Positions 36,422 through 44,584 of a stretch of DNA of 64,000 nucleotides are shown one piece after another. Under the pieces are notes generated by a model, which was not told the DNA's origin, ran no database searches, and was given only the letters and a program-made list of their open reading frames with translations. The stretch is taken from positions 32,001-96,000 of the forward strand of contig JBDRZU010000001.1 in assembly GCA_039804105.1 (NCBI GenBank), read 5' to 3'. This stretch comes from a candidate division WOR-3 bacterium. GTDB lineage: Bacteria > Hydrothermota > 32-111. Numbering within the stretch: the stretch's first letter is position 1; the number at the start of each line of letters is the position of its first letter. The position numbers and the translations under genes were made by a program.

Positions 36422-37033
36422 ATGAAAGATAACATAATTCAAATCGCTAAACTTTTTCTTGTTGCTGTTGTTTCAGCATTTTTACTTTCCTATGTATATT
36501 CTATAACAAAAGAACCGATCGAAAAGGCAAAGAATGCTGAGATAATGGAAGCTATCAAAAGTATCGTTCCAGGAATTTCTGATCAGATGATAATTAAGGA
36601 TACACTACTTGTCTCAGATGTTGAAACTATTCCTTTGAGGGCTTACCTTATTCTTAATCAGGATTCTTCTATTTATGCTTATTCAGTTCTTTCATATACA
36701 AAAAAAGGTTATGGTGGAACGATCACGATAATGGTTGGCGTTGATAAAGATTTTAAAATTACCGGCATATACCCACTGGAATTTTCTGAAACACCTGGAC
36801 TTGGAACAAAAATGACTGAAAAGAGTTTTAAAGATCAGTTCCTTTCAAAATCTTTATCGACATTCAATTTCAAAGTTAAAAATGATGGTGGTGATATTCA
36901 AGCGATAACATCTGCAACGATAACCTCGAGGGCAGTGGGTGATTGTCTGGAAAGAGGATTGAAAATTGTAGAATACAATTTTAGAAAAGAAGTTTCAGAT
37001 TCCTCTAAAACAGAGGAGGTTATAAATGAATAG
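36422..37033 (+). CDS. rnfG: Rnf complex subunit G
   Basis: GYGG, ETPGLG, ITSATITS FMN-binding motif. Confidence 0.93.
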   Translation: MKDNIIQIAKLFLVAVVSAFLLSYVYSITKEPIEKAKNAEIMEAIKSIVPGISDQMIIKDTLLVSDVETIPLRAYLILNQDSSIYAYSVLSYTKKGYGGTITIMVGVDKDFKITGIYPLEFSETPGLGTKMTEKSFKDQFLSKSLSTFNFKVKNDGGDIQAITSATITSRAVGDCLERGLKIVEYNFRKEVSDSSKTEEVINE

Positions 37034-37682
37034 TTTAAAAAAAATATTTAATGGAATATGGACAAACAATCCTGTTTTGGTAGTTTTACTTGGTTTTTGT
37101 CCAACACTTGCTGTTTCTACGACAGTAAACAACGCAGTTGGAATGGCATTCGCTGCAACCTTTGTTTTGATATCTTCTAACATCGTGATCTCGTCGATAA
37201 GAAAATTTGTTCCCAACAAAATGAGGATCCCAGTTTTTATAATAGTGATTGCAACTTTTGTTACAATAGTTGATCTTGTAGTTTATGGATATTTCCCCAA
37301 ACTCCACAAGTCCCTTGGAGTGTTTATACCTCTCATAGTTGTAAACTGTATTGTTTTTGGACGAGCGGAAGCATTTGCATCCAAAAACAATGTTTTTGAT
37401 TCTTTTCTTGATGGGCTTGGAATGGGAATAGGCTTTTTACTAACGATTTCAGTTCTTGCTATCATAAGAGAAGTTATTGGTAACGGAACATTTTGGGGAG
37501 TGAAACTTTTTGGAGAATCCTATTCTCCAGCGATCGTTGCTATTCTTCCACCAGGTGCTTTTTTAACTATCGGATTGATGCTTGGAGGTATGAACTTTAT
37601 AAATATAAAAAATAAAGAGAAAGAAAAGATGAAACAAAAACTTGAAAAAGAAAGGTTAAAAACTCAAAAAGAGGTAAAGTAA
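37026..37682 (+). CDS. rnfE: Rnf complex subunit E
   Basis: LGFCPTLAVS, PLIVVNC, LPPGAF. Confidence 0.95.
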   Translation: MNSLKKIFNGIWTNNPVLVVLLGFCPTLAVSTTVNNAVGMAFAATFVLISSNIVISSIRKFVPNKMRIPVFIIVIATFVTIVDLVVYGYFPKLHKSLGVFIPLIVVNCIVFGRAEAFASKNNVFDSFLDGLGMGIGFLLTISVLAIIREVIGNGTFWGVKLFGESYSPAIVAILPPGAFLTIGLMLGGMNFINIKNKEKEKMKQKLEKERLKTQKEVK

Positions 37683-37683
37683 T

Positions 37684-38265
37684 ATGTTAAAATTATTGAT
37701 TATCGCAATCGATTCAATGTTGATTTCGAATATTGTTTTGATGAGATTTTTAGGTATATGTCCTTATATCGGTGTTTCAAAAAAACAGGAAACAGCTGCT
37801 GGAATGGGCTTTGCGGTTATCTTTGTTATGGTGATGGCAACACTCATCTCTTACCTTTTACAGATATATGTTTTGAATCCTTTGAAACTTGAATATCTCC
37901 AAACGATAGTTTTTATTTTTGTTATCGCGGCTCTTGTACAGATAGTAGAGATCACAATGAAAAAGATAGCACCTGCATTATTTGAAGCATTGGGGATATA
38001 TCTGCCACTTATAACAACAAACTGTACGATTTTGGGGGTTGCAATACTGAACATTCAGAAAAATTACAATCTCATCGAAACGATAGTATTTTCATTTTCA
38101 ACAGGAATAGGATATTTTATCGCGATATACCTTTTTGCAGGTATAAGAGAAAAACTTGAATGGGCTGATATCCCTGAACCTTTTAAAGGTCCTGCGATAG
38201 GTATCATCACTGCGGGATTGATGTCTCTCGCTTTCTTCGGATTTACAGGTCTTGTAAAGATGTGA
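37684..38265 (+). CDS. rnfA: Rnf complex subunit A
   Basis: FLGICP, LPLITTNC. Confidence 0.95.
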   Translation: MLKLLIIAIDSMLISNIVLMRFLGICPYIGVSKKQETAAGMGFAVIFVMVMATLISYLLQIYVLNPLKLEYLQTIVFIFVIAALVQIVEITMKKIAPALFEALGIYLPLITTNCTILGVAILNIQKNYNLIETIVFSFSTGIGYFIAIYLFAGIREKLEWADIPEPFKGPAIGIITAGLMSLAFFGFTGLVKM

Positions 38266-39191
38266 TGAGAAAAAATATAATATTTTTAATATTTTTTATT
38301 GTTTTATTCGTCAACTGTTCAACTGTGGTTGAGAAAAGGAAAAATTTTCTTTTTTTTGGAAATATCAATGTTGAAGTAGTTCTTTATGGTGAAAAAGATT
38401 TTGATTTTGAAAAAGTTTTCAAAGATCTGGAAGACACTTTAAAAAAACTTGATGATTTCTTTTCAAAATACAACAAAAATTCTTATGTCTATAGATTTAA
38501 CAATTGTGAAAGTTTTATCGAGAAAGATGATGAGTTTTTAAAGTTATTAACCATAAGTGATTCTTTGAAAAGGTTAACAGATGGATATTTCAATGTTTTC
38601 ATAGAACCTTTACTTTCATACTATAAAAGATGTGAACAACATAATATAGAACCCGTAGAAGATTCGTTGGAATTCTTTGTAGAACTTATCAATCAGAACG
38701 ATCAGATTGAAGTAAAAGGTGAAAGGATCTACAAAAAGAATAAATATGTCTCTGTTGATTTTGGCGGAATAGCAAAGGGATACTTTGGTGATATAGCAAA
38801 AGATATGTTGATCAAGAGGGGGATGAAAAAAGGACTCATCAACCTTGGTGGAGATATAGTCTGTTTTAACTATCTTGACAGAAGACCTTTCAAGATAGGT
38901 GTGAAAAGTTTTGAAAGTGATAGTATTGTAAAAGTTGAAGAAATTTCAAACGGTTCAATCGTAACAAGCGGTGACTATTTTAGATTTTATACTATCAAAG
39001 GTAAAAAGTACTGCCATATCATAGATCCAAAAACTGGTAAAACAGCATCAAAAATACATTCAGTAACAGTTATCGCAGATAACGGGAGTTTGGCTGATTG
39101 TCTGGCAACAGTTTTAATGATCGTTCCAGAAAATAAAAGGGAAGAGATTTTAAAAACATTTTCGAACGTTAAAACATATATACAAAACTAA
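38262..39191 (+). CDS. apbE: FAD:protein FMN transferase (lipoprotein)
   Basis: DFGGIAKGY, NLGGD, TSGDY, HIIDPKTG, ADCLAT; lipobox FVNC. Confidence 0.92.
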   Translation: MMRKNIIFLIFFIVLFVNCSTVVEKRKNFLFFGNINVEVVLYGEKDFDFEKVFKDLEDTLKKLDDFFSKYNKNSYVYRFNNCESFIEKDDEFLKLLTISDSLKRLTDGYFNVFIEPLLSYYKRCEQHNIEPVEDSLEFFVELINQNDQIEVKGERIYKKNKYVSVDFGGIAKGYFGDIAKDMLIKRGMKKGLINLGGDIVCFNYLDRRPFKIGVKSFESDSIVKVEEISNGSIVTSGDYFRFYTIKGKKYCHIIDPKTGKTASKIHSVTVIADNGSLADCLATVLMIVPENKREEILKTFSNVKTYIQN

Positions 39192-39205
39192 TCAAAGGAG
39201 TAATA

Positions 39206-40435
39206 ATGGATAAAATAATAATAATCGGTGGTGGAATAATTGGTGGTTCAATCCTTTTCCATCTCTATAGAGAAGGGTACCAGGGAAAAGTTGTTGTTCT
39301 TGAAAGAAAAAGTCAACTTTCTCAGGAATCAACATCACTTTCTGCAGGTGCTTTTAGAAATATATGGTCAACGAAAGTTAATTTAAAGTTGACAAACTAT
39401 TCGATAAACGCCTACAAAAATTTTCATGAAGAATTAGGGACGAATATTGGTTTTGAACAGATAGGATACCTGTTCACCTATTATGAAAAAGAGTTTCAAG
39501 CGATCAAGGATTTTAAACATGTCTGGGACGAAAATGGTGTAAAAACTGAACTTTTGAAGCCAGAGGAAATAAAAAACTATGTGCCCGGTTTTGTTCCAAC
39601 GATCGATCATATCGATCCAGAGGTGAATGAAGTTTTAAATATGAAACCGATAGCGGGTGGACTTTTTGGACCAGACTGTGGTATTTTCAATCCAACAACT
39701 GCTTCGAATAGATATTTTGAATATACAAAAGAAAAATATCCAGAAAAGGTTGAAATAAAGTTAAACAGTGAAGTTAAAAAGATAATTTTCAGTGGAGAAA
39801 AAACAATTGGTGTTGAACTTATAGATGGAACAATTATAGAAGGTGACCTTGTTATTCTTGCTGCTGGAGCATTTTCCGGGGATATTTTGAAAAGATCGAT
39901 TGATGATGAAAAATATCATATCCCTGTTGTTCCTTGGAAAAGGATGCTTTTTACTGTTAAAATGCCAAACATTGAAGGTTTTGAAAAGATACCTATGACG
40001 ATAATCGATAACGGTGTATATTTCCATCCTGAAAAAGGAAATCTTATAGTTGGAAGAGCTGATCCAGATCAACCTTTTGGTTATGACTATACTCCAGATC
40101 CAAAATATTACGAAGAGCAGATGAACTACTATATGGCAGCAAGGATTCCAGGAATGGAATATTGTAGAATAATTTCTCCTCAATCGATGTGGGGTGGATT
40201 GTATGAACATAATACGAAGGATAAAAATGGTATAATAGGTTTTCATTCAAAACTCAAAAACCTTTTCATCTCTACTGGATTTTCAGGACACGGTGTTATG
40301 GAAGCACCAGGTGTAGGACTATCTGTTGCTGAAAAGATTTTGACAGGAGAATTTAAAACCATAAAAGAAGTTGAAGATTTAAAATTTGAAAGGTTTGAAA
40401 ATAACCAGTTGATTAAAGAGACAATTGTGATATAA
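39206..40435 (+). CDS. FAD-dependent oxidoreductase, DAO/sarcosine oxidase beta/proline dehydrogenase family
   Basis: IIGGGIIG Rossmann, STSLSAG, LAAGAFS, WGGLYE, GFSGHG. Confidence 0.88.
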   Translation: MDKIIIIGGGIIGGSILFHLYREGYQGKVVVLERKSQLSQESTSLSAGAFRNIWSTKVNLKLTNYSINAYKNFHEELGTNIGFEQIGYLFTYYEKEFQAIKDFKHVWDENGVKTELLKPEEIKNYVPGFVPTIDHIDPEVNEVLNMKPIAGGLFGPDCGIFNPTTASNRYFEYTKEKYPEKVEIKLNSEVKKIIFSGEKTIGVELIDGTIIEGDLVILAAGAFSGDILKRSIDDEKYHIPVVPWKRMLFTVKMPNIEGFEKIPMTIIDNGVYFHPEKGNLIVGRADPDQPFGYDYTPDPKYYEEQMNYYMAARIPGMEYCRIISPQSMWGGLYEHNTKDKNGIIGFHSKLKNLFISTGFSGHGVMEAPGVGLSVAEKILTGEFKTIKEVEDLKFERFENNQLIKETIVI

Positions 40436-40436
40436 T
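40409..40436 (+). promoter_or_regulatory. Internal sigma70 promoter
   Basis: TTGATT-N16-TATAAT with an extended TGn. Confidence 0.5.
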
Positions 40437-40452
40437 TATACTCAAGGAAAAT

Positions 40453-40857
40453 ATGAGTAAAGCGGTTTCAAATTTCAATTATGATATAGATGCGATTACA
40501 AGGTATTATATACCTTTGCTTGAACTTGAAGATAGAAAAAATCTTTTTAAAAGAGATTATGAGGATTGGTTCAATCTGATAACTTTACTTGTTGAAGCGT
40601 TAAAAATTTATTCTGAGGATCCAAAAATCGATTTCAACAAAATATTCTCTGAGTTGACAGGGAAAATTCCCTATACAAATTCAAGAAGAAAAAAGTTGGA
40701 AAAGGAGGGTGGTGATTTGATTTTCACCCTCTTTTCTGATTCGATCGTTGATTATCTTTTTAATCTGAAGATAGATGTGGGGAGAAGGAATCTGATCAAA
40801 CAAACAGTTATCAAATTTAAAGAGGATGCAAAAAAGAATCTCTCGAAATTGAATTGA
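40453..40857 (+). CDS. Hypothetical cytoplasmic protein
   Basis: AAGGA RBS, 134 aa, overlaps next gene; no motif recognised. Confidence 0.6.
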   Translation: MSKAVSNFNYDIDAITRYYIPLLELEDRKNLFKRDYEDWFNLITLLVEALKIYSEDPKIDFNKIFSELTGKIPYTNSRRKKLEKEGGDLIFTLFSDSIVDYLFNLKIDVGRRNLIKQTVIKFKEDAKKNLSKLN

Positions 40858-42593
40858 TAATGTATGTTTTAAATATATTTTCGCTTTTTTCTTTTCTCTT
40901 ATCCATATTTTTTTCTTTTGTTGTGTTTTTCAGAAAAGATATAGGTTCTGAAAAGAACAACCTTTTACTCTTTTTATCAACATTCTCTTTTGTTTCAATA
41001 ACAACTTTTATACTCAATCTAACCTTTTTTGGTCAAAGATTTAAAGTTACATATTCTTTATTTTTTCTCTTTTTTCTTTTCTACAACTATTTCCTTTTTT
41101 TCTTTTATTTTGAAAAAAACATAAAAAATGTTGGAATCAGAATTTTCTATCCAATTTTTGCTTTTATTGTTGCTGCTTTCGTATATATACTTTCACCTGT
41201 CTTTCTTGATACAACCTGTCCTGAAAAAATCTTTTTCGTCGATAAATTTTTAAATGAACTTGAATATTTTTCTTTTTTCATTTTTCCTTTCTATACGATA
41301 ATTCTACTTTTTGCAATTTTTCAAAAAAGAATATTCTTTGTTTTTATCGCTTTAATCCATATAGTTTTTTATATTCTTCTTACTTTTGGAATTTTAAATT
41401 TTTTGAGTTTGATTTTTTTATATATGATTCTATTTTTAACTCCAGTTTTTGTTTTTTTTGATTTTTTTCAATTAAAACAATTGAATTTAATAAAGACCTT
41501 TGATTCGGATGTTATAATCAACAATTTTGATTTTGGAATAGTGACACTTGATTCAAAAGGAAAATTGGATTGTAATATTTTTTTCAAACAACTTTTGTTG
41601 AACGAAGAAACGACTCTTGAAAAGTGGTTCGAACAAAACAAAGGACTACTTGAAGAACTTGAGTATGACAGTTTCTTTAATAGAGAGTTTTTGATAGGCA
41701 AGAGGGAATATAATCTTATTATAGAAAAAAGAAGAGTAAGAAGTGGCTTTACAAATTTTGAAATGTTTATTCTATTTAACTATACAAATGTCAAAATACT
41801 TGAAAAGATGTCAAAAGAGTATACGAATTTTGTGTTCAACTCACTTCTCGATCGAATATACCAGTTCAATATACAGAACCAGTATAAAAAGATGTACGAT
41901 TTTTTGAAGGGTTTTGCCCACAACTCTTTTTCTATGATTTCCGTCATAAGAGCCGGTTTCGATTATATACTCGATAATATTGATGAACTTGATAAATATA
42001 TTCATACGAAAAAACAGATCCAACTGAAAAGTGTTTTTGAAGAAAAGATTAACCTTTTACAAAAAACTTTGAATCTGACCGATGTTGGTGTTGCTAAACT
42101 GATGGAATCTTTTAAAATTTTAAACAACAAGATTAAATACGAGTATGAGGAAGGAAAAACGAATTTCTCTCTGAATGACTTTGTTAAACAGGAACTTTTT
42201 TTCTATATAACAAATACCGAATACAAATATACTATAAATATAGAGTCAAAATTGAATGAAAATTTAAGGGATATTGTTTTCGAATATAGAGTTCTATCAA
42301 CAATATTTCACAACATTTTAAATTTTGTTATCTCTGAAATGATTACAACTCATATAAAAAGGATTTTGGTCGAAACTTATGAGGATGATGGAAGGATGAT
42401 ACTCCGTATTGAATCAACAGCAAAAAATTTTGATAAAGAAAAAATTGATGATATACTTAAAAAATCTATATATGTATCAGATGAAAGATATGCCTCATTT
42501 ATAAACGCTTATCTCATGATTAGATCCACAGGATCAATTTTAAAAAGAGTTGATTCTGAATATCTCATTTTTGAAATAATACTCAATGAGTAA
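40854..42593 (+). CDS. Membrane sensor with degenerate histidine-kinase core
   Basis: About 7 TM segments, PAS-like GIVTLDSKG, H-box-like GFAHN, N-box remnant IFHNIL, no G1/G2 glycine boxes. Confidence 0.55.
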   Translation: MIMYVLNIFSLFSFLLSIFFSFVVFFRKDIGSEKNNLLLFLSTFSFVSITTFILNLTFFGQRFKVTYSLFFLFFLFYNYFLFFFYFEKNIKNVGIRIFYPIFAFIVAAFVYILSPVFLDTTCPEKIFFVDKFLNELEYFSFFIFPFYTIILLFAIFQKRIFFVFIALIHIVFYILLTFGILNFLSLIFLYMILFLTPVFVFFDFFQLKQLNLIKTFDSDVIINNFDFGIVTLDSKGKLDCNIFFKQLLLNEETTLEKWFEQNKGLLEELEYDSFFNREFLIGKREYNLIIEKRRVRSGFTNFEMFILFNYTNVKILEKMSKEYTNFVFNSLLDRIYQFNIQNQYKKMYDFLKGFAHNSFSMISVIRAGFDYILDNIDELDKYIHTKKQIQLKSVFEEKINLLQKTLNLTDVGVAKLMESFKILNNKIKYEYEEGKTNFSLNDFVKQELFFYITNTEYKYTINIESKLNENLRDIVFEYRVLSTIFHNILNFVISEMITTHIKRILVETYEDDGRMILRIESTAKNFDKEKIDDILKKSIYVSDERYASFINAYLMIRSTGSILKRVDSEYLIFEIILNE

Positions 42594-44010
42594 AATTTCT
42601 ATTATAGTTTCAGGGGGTGTCTCACTCTGTACATATGAGGTTGGAGTTTTAACTTCTTTTTACCAGTTGTTTCTTGAAAATGATGATATAAAATTCGAAG
42701 TTGTTGGGGGTTCTTCAGCAGGAGCGATATCAACATTTCTGTTTGCATTCTCGGTTTTTAATGGAAAGAATCCATATTTTATGGCTGATACCATAATAAA
42801 AAGTGCTGATATAAAAGATCTTTTGTCGGAAGATGATAGATATGTTTTTGATTTTGATAATCTAATTCATATTTTTGAAAAAACGATAGATAACAGAGAA
42901 AGATGTGAATTCTATTATGGTTGCGAAGATTGTAAAAAATATAGATCTTTAAAATTCTGTAAAGATAAAATATGTGTTAAAAAAACTGATACTGATATAA
43001 AAATTGTTTTCAATGTTACAACTTTACAACCTGTCTTAAAAGACATTAAGGATGCGGTGTTTTTAAATGTTTTCACTTTAAGGACACACAATTTTTCTTT
43101 TGTATTTGATCTGAAAAATTTTTCTAATAAAAAGCTGTATAAAATTTTAAAATCCTCTGCTTCGTTTCCATTATTTTTCCCACCTGTAAAATATGTGTTT
43201 AAAGAAGAAGATACTCGTGAGTTTTCGAATTTTTATGAAGACAAACAACTTGAAATTGAGTTAACCGATGGTGGAGTTACACAGAATTTGCCCTTGAAAA
43301 TCATTTTTGATAACATTAAAGATAGTGAAAAGATAATTTTGATAGTTCCACATCCTGATGATCCGAAGTCAATAATTGAAAATTCACAGGTAACTAATGG
43401 ATTTGATTTTTTTGATACAACCTTAAAACTTTTAGATGCAACTTTTTACCAGTCGTATTATTCTGATCTCAAATTATCTTTTGAGTTTAACAGGATCGAA
43501 AAAAAACTTACAGATCTAAGAAATAAGATAAGAGAATCTTTTGAAAATTTAAGAGAAGATGAAAAAAAAGTTGTTGAAAAATTTTTGAAAGATTCTTGTT
43601 TGGATATAAAAAATCTTGATAAAGATATATCAACAGGTAAAAAGATCATGAAGATTGATATTATATCTCCAGAAAAACCTTCCGAAGAACTCGGTGGTGA
43701 AATAATGAAACATTTTGGAGGTTTCTTTGATAAAAGAATAAGATATAACGACTTTCTCGTAGGTTATTTTGATGGATTTGAATATTGTAAAAATCTGGGT
43801 TATAAAATTGAACCTCTTTTCGACCAAAATGATATTGATCAAACGATTGGAAAGATTGAGTTTAAAAAGATCAAAAATAAAAAAATTCTGATTATACTTT
43901 TTCTTAAATTTTTAGTATCCTTTTGTTATCCATATAGAAAAAACTTTTTGATTATTTTAATACTGTTTGTTTTAAAATCCATCATAAAAATTCTTGAAAA
44001 TTTTCAATGA
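42586..44010 (+). CDS. Patatin-like phospholipase
   Basis: SGGVSL oxyanion motif, GSSAG nucleophile, SASFP, DGG; C-terminal HFGGFF...R.NDF..G; C-terminal hydrophobic anchor. Confidence 0.88.
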   Translation: MSKISIIVSGGVSLCTYEVGVLTSFYQLFLENDDIKFEVVGGSSAGAISTFLFAFSVFNGKNPYFMADTIIKSADIKDLLSEDDRYVFDFDNLIHIFEKTIDNRERCEFYYGCEDCKKYRSLKFCKDKICVKKTDTDIKIVFNVTTLQPVLKDIKDAVFLNVFTLRTHNFSFVFDLKNFSNKKLYKILKSSASFPLFFPPVKYVFKEEDTREFSNFYEDKQLEIELTDGGVTQNLPLKIIFDNIKDSEKIILIVPHPDDPKSIIENSQVTNGFDFFDTTLKLLDATFYQSYYSDLKLSFEFNRIEKKLTDLRNKIRESFENLREDEKKVVEKFLKDSCLDIKNLDKDISTGKKIMKIDIISPEKPSEELGGEIMKHFGGFFDKRIRYNDFLVGYFDGFEYCKNLGYKIEPLFDQNDIDQTIGKIEFKKIKNKKILIILFLKFLVSFCYPYRKNFLIILILFVLKSIIKILENFQ

Positions 44011-44474
44011 ATGAATCCATAAGAACAAGTGTTTCCATTTTCATCTGAAATCACTGTGAAGATCGTTTTTCCTTCAAGATCATAGAAGATTTCATTTTTA
44101 AGTTTTATAGAATAAGTTTTTTGTTCACTAAGTACTATATCATATTCTTTTGTAAGAATATCGCCTTGCTTTCTATTAACTATGTTTACTGAAACTTTTA
44201 TTCTATTTTTAGAATCGGTTTTATTTTTTATTTTAAAATTTAAACCCTTTTCTATTTTAATATCAACCACCTCAAAATTTTGGGGGATTTTTATGGAAGG
44301 GGTATAAGGGATGGAGGAGAGATGAAGGTTTGAGGTGGTTGATATATTTTTTTCCAGTTTTGGTAATTTCAAAACTATTTGGATCGACGCAGATGAGGTA
44401 GTTTTTTCTTTTGCAAAGATGATCGAAGAAAATAACAAAAGAAGAATCAAAGTTATCATTTTTATTTTTTTCAT
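44004..44474 (-). CDS. Secreted protein with pilin-like N-terminal strand
   Basis: Signal peptide IIFA|K; TSSASIQIVLKLP; GAGGTG RBS; own sigma54 promoter. Confidence 0.55.
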   Translation of the reverse strand: MKKIKMITLILLLLFSSIIFAKEKTTSSASIQIVLKLPKLEKNISTTSNLHLSSIPYTPSIKIPQNFEVVDIKIEKGLNFKIKNKTDSKNRIKVSVNIVNRKQGDILTKEYDIVLSEQKTYSIKLKNEIFYDLEGKTIFTVISDENGNTCSYGFIH

Positions 44475-44478
44475 AAGA

Positions 44479-44506
44479 CACCTCACTTCTTTGATAAAGT
44501 GAGGTG
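44479..44506. repeat. Perfect inverted repeat over RBS and -12 box
   Basis: CACCTCACTT-N8-AAGTGAGGTG. Confidence 0.75.
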
Positions 44507-44521
44507 CATCTATTATGCCAA
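44505..44521 (-). promoter_or_regulatory. Second sigma54 promoter
   Basis: TTGGCATAATAGATGCA, GG-N10-GC; shares TGGCATAATA with the 31.9-kb promoter. Confidence 0.72.
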
Positions 44522-44584
44522 ATTAAATTATTATTTTAGAGATAGTTATGGAGATGTGGATGTATTGGAAAAGTTACAGGTGTC

